Shown here: one piece after another, positions 1 through 9,960 of the stretch | Numbering within the stretch: the stretch's first letter is position 1 | How the letters are laid out: every line of letters starts with the position of its first letter | Source of the DNA: Treponemataceae bacterium | GTDB lineage: Bacteria > Spirochaetota > Spirochaetia > Treponematales > Rectinemataceae | NCBI GenBank assembly: GCA_963678065.2 | Contig: CAXXVZ010000002.1 | Coordinates: 64,001 to 128,000, forward strand | Length of the DNA stretch: 64,000 nucleotides | Direction: 5' to 3' | The notes under the pieces: generated by a model | What the model was told of the DNA's origin: nothing | The model's input: the letters and a program-made list of their open reading frames with translations, nothing else | The model's database searches: none | Program-made: the position numbers and the translations under genes

Positions 1-998
1 ATGATGTCGCCGGCCTCGACCTCGTCGATCGGGATCTCCACCTCGACTCCGCCCTGGATGACAGTTGCCGTCTTGGGCTGGAGACCCATGAGTTTTTTGA
101 TCGACTCCGAAGTTCTGCCTTTGGTGACGGCCTCGAGGGACTTTCCGAGGAGGATGAGGGTTATGATGACGCCGGCTGTCTCGAAATACAGACTCTCCAC
201 GGCGCGGAAATTGCCACCCGCGATGCCGAAGACCGAATAGATGCTGTAGAGGACGGCGGCCGAGGTTCCCATAGCGATGAGGGAGTCCATGTTCGGGCTG
301 CGGTGCAGTATGGCTTTGAAGCCGACGACATAGAACCGGTATCCGGCGGCTATGACGGGTATCACGAGGGCGATTTCCAAAAGAGCGTAGCGCAGGGGGT
401 AATTCATCGCGTTGATCGCCGCAGGCAGGGGCCATCCCAGCATGGCGCCCATGGCGATGTACAAGAGGGGCAGGGAGAAGGCCGCCGAGATTATGAACTT
501 GGTCCACAGGACGCGGATTTCCTTTTCTTTGGCCGCCTTGTGCTCGTCCACCGCTTTCGCGCCCGACTCTATTGCCAGCGGAGTGTAACCGGCTTTCGTA
601 ATCGCGCGCTTGATCTCCGAAAGCCTCAACGATGAAGGATCGTACTTCACGAAAGCTCTCTCGGTGGCGAGATTCACCGAAACGGAGACTACGCCGGGCA
701 GTTTTCTGACCGCGCGCTCGACCGCCGCGGAGCAGGAGGCGCAGGTCATTCCGCCGACGGGGATCGTGACTTCCTTTTCAGCCCGCTCCTCAACTGCTTC
801 GTAGCCTGCCTTCCCTACCGCCGCCACGATCTCGTCGATGCCCAGCTTCCCGTCCTCGAATTTGATGAGGAGCTTCTCGGTCGCGAAGTTGACTGCGGCC
901 TCCTCTACTCCGGCAAGCTTTTTGACCGCCCGTTCAGAGGCCTGGGCGCAGGCCGCACAGGTCATACCGTGTATAGTGAGTTGCCGCACCTGGGTCAT
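1..998 (-). CDS. copA: Cu(I)-translocating P1B-type ATPase, N-terminal part (runs off window start)
   Basis: Not in ORF track; manual translation from ATG 998: MTQVRQLTIHGMTCAACAQ..., second HMA GMTCASCSAAVE, then PNMDSLIAMGT and YFETAGVIITLILLGK; AAGGAG RBS at 1005-1010. Confidence 0.93.
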   Translation of the reverse strand, partial: MTQVRQLTIHGMTCAACAQASERAVKKLAGVEEAAVNFATEKLLIKFEDGKLGIDEIVAAVGKAGYEAVEERAEKEVTIPVGGMTCASCSAAVERAVRKLPGVVSVSVNLATERAFVKYDPSSLRLSEIKRAITKAGYTPLAIESGAKAVDEHKAAKEKEIRVLWTKFIISAAFSLPLLYIAMGAMLGWPLPAAINAMNYPLRYALLEIALVIPVIAAGYRFYVVGFKAILHRSPNMDSLIAMGTSAAVLYSIYSVFGIAGGNFRAVESLYFETAGVIITLILLGKSLEAVTKGRTSESIKKLMGLQPKTATVIQGGVEVEIPIDEVEAGDI

Positions 999-1018
999 GT
1001 TTTACTCCTTCGCAATCA

Positions 1019-1303
1019 TCAATTGTCTGGAGAACCCATGTAGTGCTCGAGTATCTGGGCTATCTCCTCGACTTTTTCCGCGCCCTTGTCCGCATTGACG
1101 GCGTCCATCACGCAGGTGTCGATGTGCTGGCGCAGGACGACCAGATTCGCCTTCCTCAAGAGGGCCGCCGAAGCCAGTATCTGCTTGGACACATCTATGC
1201 AGTAGCGATCTTCTTCCATCATCCGTATCGCCGCGTCCACCTGTCCCTTCGCCGTCTTGAGAAGGGTCAAGGCTTTTCGGCTCTCTGCGCTGCAATGGTC
1301 CAT
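1019..1303 (-). CDS. csoR: CsoR/RcnR-family metal-sensing repressor
   Basis: LKTAKGQV..IRMMEEDRYCIDVSKQI...RQHIDTCV (Cys...His-x3-Cys ligands); ATG 1303 with GGAGG RBS; directly upstream of copA. Confidence 0.9.
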   Translation of the reverse strand: MDHCSAESRKALTLLKTAKGQVDAAIRMMEEDRYCIDVSKQILASAALLRKANLVVLRQHIDTCVMDAVNADKGAEKVEEIAQILEHYMGSPDN

Positions 1304-1330
1304 GCTCAAGGCCTCCCAGAATCGAGTATC

Positions 1331-1368
1331 ATTATCGACCCCTCCCCTGGTAGGGAGGGGTCGATAAT
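1331..1368. promoter_or_regulatory. Putative CsoR operator (16-bp perfect inverted repeat)
   Basis: ATTATCGACCCCTCCC-N6-GGGAGGGGTCGATAAT just upstream of csoR; C/G tracts flanked by AT-rich ends as in known CsoR operators. Confidence 0.75.
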
Positions 1369-1395
1369 CGAATTTACATCCATTCTCCCGGCAGG

Positions 1396-1749
1396 TCAAG
1401 CACCCTCAGAAGGAGGGGTATTAGGACTATCCGACTGTCCGCCCACCCGATCAGGGCCATTTGCACCGTCGACTGCCGTTTCGGATGACGAATGACATGA
1501 GAGCCCGGAGGCCTCTTTTCCGCCTCCGCGACCGTGACCTCTGCCCATGAATATCATCATCGCGATCATCGATATCGGACACAAAAGCGATGCTGCGAGG
1601 GAAAGGAAACGCCCGCCGAGTCCCCGTGCGATACCGCTCAGGGAAAGAGCCGCGACTATCGCGACGGGCACTATGCAACACAGGGCCATGGCCGCCCCGT
1701 GATACCGTCCCATGAACTCGCTCACCGATGCCTGTATGTCTCGTTTCAT
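1396..1749 (-). CDS. Small Cys/Met/His membrane protein, DUF2933-like
   Basis: Two hydrophobic segments with ALCCIVP and LLCPISMIAMMIFMGRGHG; lies in copper cluster. Confidence 0.7.
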   Translation of the reverse strand: MKRDIQASVSEFMGRYHGAAMALCCIVPVAIVAALSLSGIARGLGGRFLSLAASLLCPISMIAMMIFMGRGHGRGGGKEASGLSCHSSSETAVDGANGPDRVGGQSDSPNTPPSEGA

Positions 1750-1809
1750 TGCCCTATTCCTTCCCGGAAAGTTTTATACGCACGGTCGACGACCGGATCT
1801 TCGATATTC

Positions 1810-1842
1810 ATGATAGCCACCTCCTGTGAATGGAGTGTGAAC
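1810..1842 (-). promoter_or_regulatory. Direct-repeat box plus -10 element (copy 2)
   Basis: Minus strand GTTCACACT-CC-ATTCACAGG, 7 nt, TATCAT; same layout as 3888-3920. Confidence 0.55.
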
Positions 1843-1864
1843 ACTCTGTGCTTTCCCTGCGGAT

Positions 1865-3853
1865 TCACCGATTCCCGGCCGGGGACATACCCGCACAGCC
1901 CCCGCCCCCTGCTGCCCGGTACGCGCCTATCTCCCGTTTCACCTTCTGCAGGTCCACCTTCGACAGATCGTCGACTGTCTTCACGTATCCGTGAAGCATT
2001 CCCATCCAGCACTGGAAGGTAAAATCCTCCGTCACCGTGATGGCTGGCGTCCTGGCTTCTCCACCTCTCAGGTCGATCCGGCCATTGTACTCGGGGAAGG
2101 AGATAGGATTGTTGCAGGATGTGAGCTCATCGACCTTGAAGGTGATCACAGCCTTCATTCCTTTCTGGAGGACAAGCGCGGCCGGCGAATAGCCCTGTGC
2201 ATTCACCGTTACGGTTATCTCCTGGACACCATCTTTGATGGTGGGAAGCCCAATGGTATCGACGGAAACCCTTCCTCCGGCGAAGGCCGGGTTGGTCGCG
2301 CTGGAGCAGCATCCTCCTGAACCCGATCCGGCACCAGTACCCTGTCCGGACGCCTGCGCGAGCAATTCAGGCAAGGTCAATTCTTTGCTCCCCTCGAAGG
2401 AAGTCTTGCCGGCGAGGTCCTTTACCACCGTGATGCGGCTCGAAATCATCCCCATCCAGCAGGTATAGGCGATAAAACCTTCTTTTTTCGGCGTGAATTC
2501 GATGAGGTTGTCTCCGGGTACCAGAGTCTTCTTGATTCCATAGGCAGGAACGGTGATCGGATTGTTGCAGCCATTGAGTCCGGCGGCCGTGACACGGATA
2601 GTCCACTTTACGGGAACTCCCGCCTGGACGACGAAGGGCAGGTAGTACCCCGAGGATCCGAAATCGGTGAGCACGGTCTGCACGCCGTCCTTGACCGCGG
2701 TCCTGATGGGCGCGGCGGACTTTCCTGGTTCCGGCCGATCGGCAACCTGAACCGCCGGGGCAAGGCCAGTCCTGGGCGGAGCGCCTGAAAGTTGTGCGAG
2801 GCCGGCCCTGAGGGACGGGAACCTGGGCAGCGCGACGCCGGCGAGGGCGACTGCCCTGCCGAATGTGATCAGGCCCAGGAACATCACGAGAATGGCGCTC
2901 GCCTTGACCATTACGGGAACGAACTTCTTCGGAATGAAGGCCGCCGCGAGGCTGAAGACGAGCATGAGCGGCACGGTGCCGACCGAGAAGATGAACATGG
3001 AAAGAGCGCCGGCCAGGAGGCTGCCGGTGCCGAGGGCGTAGAGCTGCATGGTCTGGAGAGGGCCGCAGGGCATGAGGCCATTGAGAAGTCCCACCGCGAA
3101 AGGGCCGCGCTTTCCGAGGGCGGATGAGAATCGACCTGCGACGTTCCGGAGGGAGGCGGGGATTACCCGGGAAATTCTCGGCAGCCCGGAGAGGACCCCG
3201 AGCATCTTGAGTCCGAGAAGAACCATGAAGAGGCCGGCAGCGGCGGCAATGATTCCTTTCACGACCGGCGAAAAGCTGAACGCAGCTCCGAGGGCTCCGA
3301 CTGCACCGCCTAGAATGGTGTAAGAGAGGACCCGGCCGCCATTGTACAAAAGGCCGGGAATGAGTTGCACGAGCTTGCCTTCCGCCGACCGGCCGCGGGA
3401 GGGATCTGCGGAGGCCGGGCTCTTTTCGAGCTTCGCGATGCTCTGCGACAGGGCGATGCCGCCGCACATGGCCACGCAGTGAACCGAGGTCAGTATTCCG
3501 ACAATGAAGAGCATGCCGTAGCCGAGGGAAGCGTTTATCGCGGGGATGGCGTTGAAAAGTCCCGCCGCGCTCGCGATCATGTACAGGGCCGCGAGGATGA
3601 GGCCGATTCCAAGGGCGATCGTCGTGCTCGCGCTTTTGCTGTTCCCGACCGTATAGCCGTTTTTTTCGATTACCGCCTTCATCGCTCCGATCGTCGTTTT
3701 TTCGTCATCATATTCAATATCTACACGGCCGCCCTTGAGCTGAGCCCCTGCGGCGATGACGCCATCCAGGGCTTCCAGAACCTTCTTTATCCGCGTTTCG
3801 CAGGCGGAACAGGTCATGTCGACCACAAATATCGTCGTTTTCTTCGTGCCCAT
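1865..3853 (-). CDS. HMA domain + TauE/DsbD-like membrane domain + two cupredoxin-like domains
   Basis: DMTCSAC; TSVHCVAMCGG and GLMPCGPLQ; two CNN...CWMGM units; start at ATG 3853 after GAGGTG. Confidence 0.85.
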   Translation of the reverse strand: MGTKKTTIFVVDMTCSACETRIKKVLEALDGVIAAGAQLKGGRVDIEYDDEKTTIGAMKAVIEKNGYTVGNSKSASTTIALGIGLILAALYMIASAAGLFNAIPAINASLGYGMLFIVGILTSVHCVAMCGGIALSQSIAKLEKSPASADPSRGRSAEGKLVQLIPGLLYNGGRVLSYTILGGAVGALGAAFSFSPVVKGIIAAAAGLFMVLLGLKMLGVLSGLPRISRVIPASLRNVAGRFSSALGKRGPFAVGLLNGLMPCGPLQTMQLYALGTGSLLAGALSMFIFSVGTVPLMLVFSLAAAFIPKKFVPVMVKASAILVMFLGLITFGRAVALAGVALPRFPSLRAGLAQLSGAPPRTGLAPAVQVADRPEPGKSAAPIRTAVKDGVQTVLTDFGSSGYYLPFVVQAGVPVKWTIRVTAAGLNGCNNPITVPAYGIKKTLVPGDNLIEFTPKKEGFIAYTCWMGMISSRITVVKDLAGKTSFEGSKELTLPELLAQASGQGTGAGSGSGGCCSSATNPAFAGGRVSVDTIGLPTIKDGVQEITVTVNAQGYSPAALVLQKGMKAVITFKVDELTSCNNPISFPEYNGRIDLRGGEARTPAITVTEDFTFQCWMGMLHGYVKTVDDLSKVDLQKVKREIGAYRAAGGGGCAGMSPAGNR

Positions 3854-3887
3854 CAGGCCCACCTCGTTTCATTCCGTGTACAGACAG

Positions 3888-3920
3888 AGAGTACAGCATG
3901 AATATGAATGGACAATGAAC
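3888..3920 (-). promoter_or_regulatory. Direct-repeat box plus -10 element (copy 1)
   Basis: Minus strand GTTCATTGT-CC-ATTCATATT, 7 nt, TACTCT, 35 nt upstream of start codon. Confidence 0.55.
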
Positions 3921-4014
3921 GCGCTGTGCTCTTTGTATGCATTCCGCGGACATACGTTCATGAGCCGGGAGAGAGGATTTTCCTCCACACCAGTCCGTAT
4001 GGAACGAATAACAG

Positions 4015-4058
4015 AAGAAGCCGCCTTCAGAACATGCTGGTTCTGAAGGCGGCTTCTT
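4015..4058 (-). terminator. Intrinsic terminator downstream of dnaJ (possibly bidirectional)
   Basis: 19-bp perfect inverted repeat AAGAAGCCGCCTTCAGAAC-N6-GTTCTGAAGGCGGCTTCTT with T-rich tails on both strands. Confidence 0.8.
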
Positions 4059-4168
4059 TTCGCTACAGGGAAAACCGGGAGCGGGAAAACGTCAGCCCCT
4101 ATGCGCCTGGGAATCATCTCTGGCGTTTTTCCGAATGCCCGCGCATCAAGAAAAGACGCCATTCACAA

Positions 4169-5311
4169 TTACTGGTTCTTGACCTCCGAAAGTTTTATCA
4201 GCAGCGGTTCGGTGTTTTCGCCCTCCGTTTTCCGGAACTCATCAAGAAGCTCGCGTCCGCGGCGGGAGAGGCGCTGGGGAACCTGCACCATGACCTTGAG
4301 ATACATATCGCCGCGCCTCGAACCGGTGGCCGGCACGCCCTGATCGCGCACGCGGAGGAGCTTGCCGTTCTGTGTGCCGGCAGGTACCTGGATGGTGATC
4401 CTCGCGCCCTCGATGTTCTGGACCGAGATTTCGCCGCCGAGGGAGGCCGTCGCAATGGATACAGGGACGGCGCAGTAGAGGTCGTTGCCCTGACGCTCGA
4501 AGTACTCGTGCGGCTGGACATGGATAAACACGAACAGGTCGCCCGAAGGCCCGCCGTTGGGTCCCGCATCGCCCTGGCCGGGAATGTTGACCCGTCTTCC
4601 GTCCTCGACGCCCGGAGGAATCGTGACCTTGATCTTCTGCTTTTTCTTGGTCAGCCCGGAGCCACCGCACTCGCGGCAGGGCTTTTCGATGATGGCGCCC
4701 TCGCCCCGGCACGAAGGACAGGGCTGGGACACAGAGAAGAATCCCGAACTGCGCCTGACCTGCCCGGCTCCCTGGCATGTGGGGCAGGTCCGTCTTCCGG
4801 AGCCGTCGGAGGAACCTGTGCCGTTGCAGGACTTGCAGGCATCTTCCTTGCTGTAGGCGATCTCGATCGTCGTGCCGAAAACGGCTTTATCGAAGGGGAG
4901 TTCAAGATCGTAACGGAGATTGGAGCCGCGCGAGACCCGGTCGCGGGAACGTCCGCCGCCGGAGCCGCCGAAAAAGGAATTGAGTATGCCGGAAAAATCC
5001 CCGAACCCGCCGCCGGAGCCGAAGATATCCTCGAAGCCCTGGAACACGGAAGAAAAATCCTGCGCTCCGCCCTGCCCGCCCATGCCCTCCACTCCGGCAA
5101 AGCCAAACTGGTCATAGGCCTGACGCTTGGGCTCGTCGCCGAGCACTTCGTAGGCTTCGGTCGCTTCCTTGAAGCGCTCCTCGGCAGCCTTGTCTCCGGG
5201 GTTTTTGTCCGGATGATTCTGGATGGCGAGCTTGCGGTAGGCTTTCTTGATATCGTCTTTCGATGAGTCCTTAGGAACTCCCAGGACTTCGTAATAATCG
5301 CGTTTGGCCAC
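4169..5311 (-). CDS. dnaJ: Chaperone DnaJ
   Basis: [13 protein letters not shown] motif, G/F region, four CxxCxGxG repeats. Confidence 0.98.
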   Translation of the reverse strand: MAKRDYYEVLGVPKDSSKDDIKKAYRKLAIQNHPDKNPGDKAAEERFKEATEAYEVLGDEPKRQAYDQFGFAGVEGMGGQGGAQDFSSVFQGFEDIFGSGGGFGDFSGILNSFFGGSGGGRSRDRVSRGSNLRYDLELPFDKAVFGTTIEIAYSKEDACKSCNGTGSSDGSGRRTCPTCQGAGQVRRSSGFFSVSQPCPSCRGEGAIIEKPCRECGGSGLTKKKQKIKVTIPPGVEDGRRVNIPGQGDAGPNGGPSGDLFVFIHVQPHEYFERQGNDLYCAVPVSIATASLGGEISVQNIEGARITIQVPAGTQNGKLLRVRDQGVPATGSRRGDMYLKVMVQVPQRLSRRGRELLDEFRKTEGENTEPLLIKLSEVKNQ

Positions 5312-5334
5312 GTAGGGATCCTTGGATCGCTCGG

Positions 5335-5392
5335 GGTTGACCGTGAAACCGGAAGAAGGAGGAACACAGTTCCTCCTTCTTCGAGGTCAACC
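5335..5392. terminator. Intergenic stem-loop between dnaK and dnaJ
   Basis: 14-bp IR GAAGAAGGAGGAAC-ACA-GTTCCTCCTTCTTC (5352-5382) nested inside GGTTGACC/GGTCAACC arms. Confidence 0.6.
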
Positions 5393-5403
5393 GCAGTGCG
5401 GAT

Positions 5404-7359
5404 TTATTTCTTGTCTTCGTCGTCGACGACTTTGTAGTCCACGTCGTCGGCGCTCTTGGTTTCGCCGCCCTGGCCGGGGTTGAAGCCCGCCCCGCCAGCC
5501 GTCCCCGCATCGGCGCCAGGCTGCCCCTGGGCTCCGGCCGCGCCGGCGGCATTGGCGCCCGCGTTCTTGTACATCTCCTCGGCGAGCTTGTAGGAGGCCT
5601 GCTTGAGAGCCTCGGTCTTGGCCTTGATGGCTTCGACATCGGAGCTGTCGATCACCTTGCGGAGTTCCACGATAGCGGCCTCGATCGCTGCCTTGTCGGA
5701 GGCGCCGATCTTGTCGCCGTAGTCTTTGAGGGACTTCTCGGTGGTGTAGATCATGCTGTCGGCCTCGTTGTGGGCTTCGGCCCGGTCGCGCTCGCGCTTG
5801 TCCTCGGCCGCGTGGGCCTCGGCTTCCTTGACCATGCGGTCGATGTCGGAGTCGTTGAGGCCGGAAGAGGACTCGATGCGGATCTTCTGTTCCTTGCCGG
5901 TTCCGAGGTCCTTTGCCGAGACGTGGACGATTCCGTTCGCGTCGATGTCGAAGGTGACCTCTATTTGCGGAATGCCGCGCGGAGCGGCGGGAATGCCGAC
6001 GAGGTCGAACCGACCAAGGGTGCGGTTCTGCGCCGCCATCTCGCGCTCGCCCTGGAGTACGTGGATGGAGACAGCCGTCTGTCCGTCCGCAGCCGTGGAG
6101 AAAATCTGGCTCTTGCGGCAGGGGATCGTCGTGTTGCGGGGCAGGAGCTTGGTGAAGACCGAGCCGAGTGTCTCGATGCCGAGGGAGAGGGGGGTTACGT
6201 CGAGGAGGAGGACGTCCTTCACGTCGCCGCCGAGGATTCCGCCCTGGATGGCCGCGCCGACCGCGACCGCCTCGTCCGGGTTGACGCCCTTTGAGGGTTC
6301 CTTGCCGAAGAGCTCGCGGACAATCTGGACTACTTTGGGAATGCGCGTCGATCCGCCGACGAGGATGACTTCGTCGATCTGTGCGGCGGTGAGGCCGGCA
6401 TCTGCGAGCGCCTTCTTGCAGGGATCGAGGGAGCGGATGAAGAGGTCCTCGACCATCTGCTCGAACTTGGCGCGGGTGAGGGTCTTCTGGAGGTGCTTGG
6501 GACCGGAGGCGTCCGCGGTGATGAAGGGCAGGTTGATGTCAGTCTGCTGGACGGCGGAGAGCTCGATCTTGGCCTTCTCGGAGGTCTCGCGCAGGCGCTG
6601 GAGGGCCATGCGATCGCCGGAGAGGTCGATCCCGGTGTCCTTCTTGAACTCGGAGATGAGCCACTCCATGATGCGGCGGTCGAAGTCGTCGCCGCCCAGG
6701 TGGGTGTCGCCGTTTGTGGACTTTACCTCGAAGACGCCCTCGCCGAGTTCGAGGATGGAAATGTCGAAGGTACCGCCGCCGAGGTCGTACACGGCGATGG
6801 TCTTCTCCTTCTTCTGATCCTTGTTGAAGCCGTAGGCGAGGGAGGCGGCCGTCGGCTCGTTGATGATGCGCTTGACCTCGAGGCCGGCGATCTTGCCGGC
6901 ATCCTTGGTGGCCTGGCGCTGGGAGTCGTTGAAGTAGGCGGGAACGGTGATGACGGCCTCGGTGACTTCCTCGCCGAGGTAGTCTTCCGCGGTCTTCTTC
7001 ATCTTCTGGAGGATGAAGGCCGAAATCTCCTGGGGGCTGAATCCTTTCCCGGAGATGTCGACGCGAACGTCGTTCCCGTTGTCGTTCACCCTGTAGGGGA
7101 CAAGCTTGATCTCGTTCTGGACTTCCGCGTACCGCCTGCCCATGAAGCGCTTGATGGAGTACACCGTGTTTTCGGGGTTGGTGATCATCTGGTTCTTGGC
7201 CGGCTGGCCTACGACGCGCTCGCCCTTGCCTGTGAATCCGATGATAGAGGGAGTGGTCCGCTGACCTTCGGAATTGGCGATGACGAGGGGCTCTCCGCCT
7301 TCCATAACCGCGACGCAGGAATTGGTGGTTCCAAGATCGATACCGATAATTCTGCCCAT
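5404..7359 (-). CDS. dnaK: Chaperone DnaK (Hsp70)
   Basis: [28 protein letters not shown] 7359 with AAGGAG RBS. Confidence 0.99.
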   Translation of the reverse strand: MGRIIGIDLGTTNSCVAVMEGGEPLVIANSEGQRTTPSIIGFTGKGERVVGQPAKNQMITNPENTVYSIKRFMGRRYAEVQNEIKLVPYRVNDNGNDVRVDISGKGFSPQEISAFILQKMKKTAEDYLGEEVTEAVITVPAYFNDSQRQATKDAGKIAGLEVKRIINEPTAASLAYGFNKDQKKEKTIAVYDLGGGTFDISILELGEGVFEVKSTNGDTHLGGDDFDRRIMEWLISEFKKDTGIDLSGDRMALQRLRETSEKAKIELSAVQQTDINLPFITADASGPKHLQKTLTRAKFEQMVEDLFIRSLDPCKKALADAGLTAAQIDEVILVGGSTRIPKVVQIVRELFGKEPSKGVNPDEAVAVGAAIQGGILGGDVKDVLLLDVTPLSLGIETLGSVFTKLLPRNTTIPCRKSQIFSTAADGQTAVSIHVLQGEREMAAQNRTLGRFDLVGIPAAPRGIPQIEVTFDIDANGIVHVSAKDLGTGKEQKIRIESSSGLNDSDIDRMVKEAEAHAAEDKRERDRAEAHNEADSMIYTTEKSLKDYGDKIGASDKAAIEAAIVELRKVIDSSDVEAIKAKTEALKQASYKLAEEMYKNAGANAAGAAGAQGQPGADAGTAGGAGFNPGQGGETKSADDVDYKVVDDEDKK

Positions 7360-7400
7360 ATTGTCTCTCCTTATATACGTATCAGTTTGAAGCCCCGGCC

Positions 7401-8222
7401 TCAAGGCCGGGAAGCGGAATCCGGGCCGGTTTCAGGGCCGGCTCCGGCGACGTCGGGGAAATCGCCGGAGGCCAGCCCGGCCGGGCCTTCCGTCCCATTT
7501 TCGGGGCCGGAGGCGACAGCCGCCGTGGCAGCTTCCACGGCGGGTTTGGGCGCGGGCATCCGAACCTTGACCTTGGCGGTGCGCACGACCCTCTCTTCCA
7601 CGACATAGCCGGGAAGGTACTCTTCGCAGACGACGGGCTCCTCGGTATCTCCCATCTCCATGTTCACTGCCTCGTGGGAATTGGGGTCGAAGGGTTGGTC
7701 TACAGAGACCATGCGCTTGAGGCCGTACTTGTTCTCTAGCATCTGGCCGAGCTGGCGACGTATGAGGATGACTCCCTCCCGGAGATGGTCGACCTCCGTC
7801 GTTGAATTGCTGCCGGTCAGGGCCCTGTCGAAATCGTCGAGAATGGGAACTATGTCGCCGAGAAAGGCGTTGATAGCGAAGCGGCGGGTATCTTCCTTGT
7901 CCCTGGCCATGCGCTTGCGGAAATTCACCTCATCCGCCAGCTTGCGGAGGTATTTGTCGTTGAGGGAGGCGAGTTCTTCCCGGGCCGCAAGCAGTTCCGT
8001 CTTGACCGTCACGAGCTCGCGGGACTGGTCCTGCCCGGCTTCCTGACAGCCGCCACTCTGTCCGGCCTGGTCTTCCTGAGAAAGAGGGGCTTCGACTTCG
8101 AGATTCGCGGAAAGCGTTTCCGCCGGCCGGCCCGCGGACTCTGAGCCTTCGTTCACGTGGCTGGCCTTGGCTCCATGGGACACGCTTCCGTCCCCATGAT
8201 GTTTGTTTTTCTGTGTAGACAT
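7401..8222 (-). CDS. grpE: Nucleotide exchange factor GrpE
   Basis: [44 protein letters not shown]; long low-complexity termini. Confidence 0.95.
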   Translation of the reverse strand: MSTQKNKHHGDGSVSHGAKASHVNEGSESAGRPAETLSANLEVEAPLSQEDQAGQSGGCQEAGQDQSRELVTVKTELLAAREELASLNDKYLRKLADEVNFRKRMARDKEDTRRFAINAFLGDIVPILDDFDRALTGSNSTTEVDHLREGVILIRRQLGQMLENKYGLKRMVSVDQPFDPNSHEAVNMEMGDTEEPVVCEEYLPGYVVEERVVRTAKVKVRMPAPKPAVEAATAAVASGPENGTEGPAGLASGDFPDVAGAGPETGPDSASRP

Positions 8223-8268
8223 GTTCCTGCCTGGATTGCATCCTTTCGGATTTCTGTTTGTACCTGTA

Positions 8269-8297
8269 AAAGTAATAAGGAGACCGAACAGCGTCAA
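8269..8297 (-). promoter_or_regulatory. Sigma70-type promoter of grpE-dnaK-dnaJ
   Basis: TTGACG-N17-TACTTT on minus strand. Confidence 0.6.
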
Positions 8298-8347
8298 TAC
8301 GAGCCGGCGCCCATATGACACAAGTGTACCGCGGTTTGGCCTTGTTT

Positions 8348-8363
8348 TGGTACGAAATTTGCT
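8348..8363 (+). promoter_or_regulatory. Sigma54 -24/-12 site upstream of rpoN
   Basis: TGGTACG-AAAT-TTGCT, exact GG-N10-GC spacing. Confidence 0.7.
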
Positions 8364-8393
8364 ATTAGAGTAAAAAACGTCTTTTCTCCGTCC

Positions 8394-8421
8394 TTGACAG
8401 TCCACGCCGATGGCATACATT
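8394..8421 (+). promoter_or_regulatory. Sigma70-type promoter of rpoN
   Basis: TTGACA-N16-TACATT, 21 nt before the TTG start. Confidence 0.6.
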
Positions 8422-8442
8422 TAAAGAGAAAGGGAGGATCGA

Positions 8443-9825
8443 TTGCAGTTCCAGAGAGCCACCCTCGTCGCGGAACAGCGCCAGAAGCTCAGCCCGCAGA
8501 TGATACAGTCCATCCGCCTCATGGCCCTGCCCGTCCAGGAACTGCAGGAAGCCATTCAGGCCGAGATCGAAGCCAACCCTGCCCTCGAGATTATAGAAGA
8601 CAGGTCCACCCTGAGTCTCGAGCGGTTCCGAAATGCCGAAAATCCCGGAGCGGGGGCGGGACACGATGATCCTTTCGAGAACAGCTCCGATCCGGGATAT
8701 TCTTCCCGATCCTCCTCCGACGATGACTCCAAGCGCATGTTCATGGAAGGCAGCATCGCCCGGCCGGAGACCCTTCAGGAACACCTCCTCTACCAGCTCA
8801 GGCTCCAGACCCTGGACAAAACCCACAGACTGGTGGGAGAAACGCTGATCCAGAACCTCAACGACGACGGTTTCCACAAGGAAGATCCCTACTCCCTCTG
8901 CCCCGGAATAGGGCGGGACATCATCGACGAAACCATGAACCTCGTGCGCCGGCTGGAGCCGGAGGGTAGCTGCACCGCCAACTATCGGGAGAGCCTCCAC
9001 GTGCAGGCCAATCTGGATGAGGCGCCGCCCAAGGGAGTGTCGGAGATCCTCACCAACTACCTCGAGCTTCTGGAAAAGGGCAAGGACGCCGAAATCCGGA
9101 AAAAACTCAGGCTGAGCCAAGAGGAATATGAGGCCGCGGTGCGCTTCATAAAGGCCCTCGCTCCTTTCCCTGGCCGCAGGTACTCGGCGGAGGAGCCGAA
9201 ATACGTCATACCCGACCTGAAGGTGCGGGTCGTGGACAACGAATTCGTCATCGTTCTGAACGATGTCGAGATCCCCGTCCTCGGCATCAATCCCTTCTTC
9301 GACAAGCTCTCTTCGGAAAAAACGAAGGACAAGGCGACCAACGCCTTCGTCCGGGAGAACATCGGCCAGGCGAAATTCTTTATCCGCAGCATCCAGCAGC
9401 GCAACCAGACTCTCCTGAAAGTGGCCCGCGCCATCGTCGAACACCAGCGGGGCTTTTTTCTGAGAGGGCCCAAAGGCCTCGTCCCCCTCACCCTGAAAGA
9501 CGTCGCGGAGGAAATCGGCGTACACGAGACCACCGTATCCCGCATAGCCCACAGCAAGTACATGCAGACAGAGTGGGGCATCTACGATCTCCGCTACTTT
9601 TTCACGAACTCGATCACGGGAGCCGGCTCTCAGGGTTCGGATTTCTCGAAGGAGGGTGTCAAGGAAGTGATACGCGAAATCATCGTGGCCGAAAATGCGG
9701 CTCTCTCGGATCGCGACATCATGGAAGTATTGTCCCAAAAAGGAATTAAACTTGCCAGAAGGACAGTCGCGAAGTATCGGGGAGAGCTCGACCTCGATTC
9801 TTCCTTCAACCGTCGGCACACATGA
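8443..9825 (+). CDS. rpoN: RNA polymerase sigma-54 factor
   Basis: Q/L-rich region I, HETTVSR helix-turn-helix, RpoN box ARRTVAKYR; TTG start after GGAGG. Confidence 0.97.
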   Translation: MQFQRATLVAEQRQKLSPQMIQSIRLMALPVQELQEAIQAEIEANPALEIIEDRSTLSLERFRNAENPGAGAGHDDPFENSSDPGYSSRSSSDDDSKRMFMEGSIARPETLQEHLLYQLRLQTLDKTHRLVGETLIQNLNDDGFHKEDPYSLCPGIGRDIIDETMNLVRRLEPEGSCTANYRESLHVQANLDEAPPKGVSEILTNYLELLEKGKDAEIRKKLRLSQEEYEAAVRFIKALAPFPGRRYSAEEPKYVIPDLKVRVVDNEFVIVLNDVEIPVLGINPFFDKLSSEKTKDKATNAFVRENIGQAKFFIRSIQQRNQTLLKVARAIVEHQRGFFLRGPKGLVPLTLKDVAEEIGVHETTVSRIAHSKYMQTEWGIYDLRYFFTNSITGAGSQGSDFSKEGVKEVIREIIVAENAALSDRDIMEVLSQKGIKLARRTVAKYRGELDLDSSFNRRHT

Positions 9826-9960
9826 AATAATGCATGTCGACGGGGCGTCACGGGCGGCCCTCCCGGCAGTATATTTGGATCAGGCATCAACGAAAACCGG
9901 GGAATCAAGGCCGGTTTTCGCCGGGGATCATGGGATTCCCGAAAATACAAGGAGGCATGC

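Noticed and set aside
3908..7608. Long plus-strand ORFs (3908-5266, 5753-6817, 6493-7608)
   Set aside because: Antisense shadows of dnaJ/dnaK caused by high GC3; no motifs or RBS.
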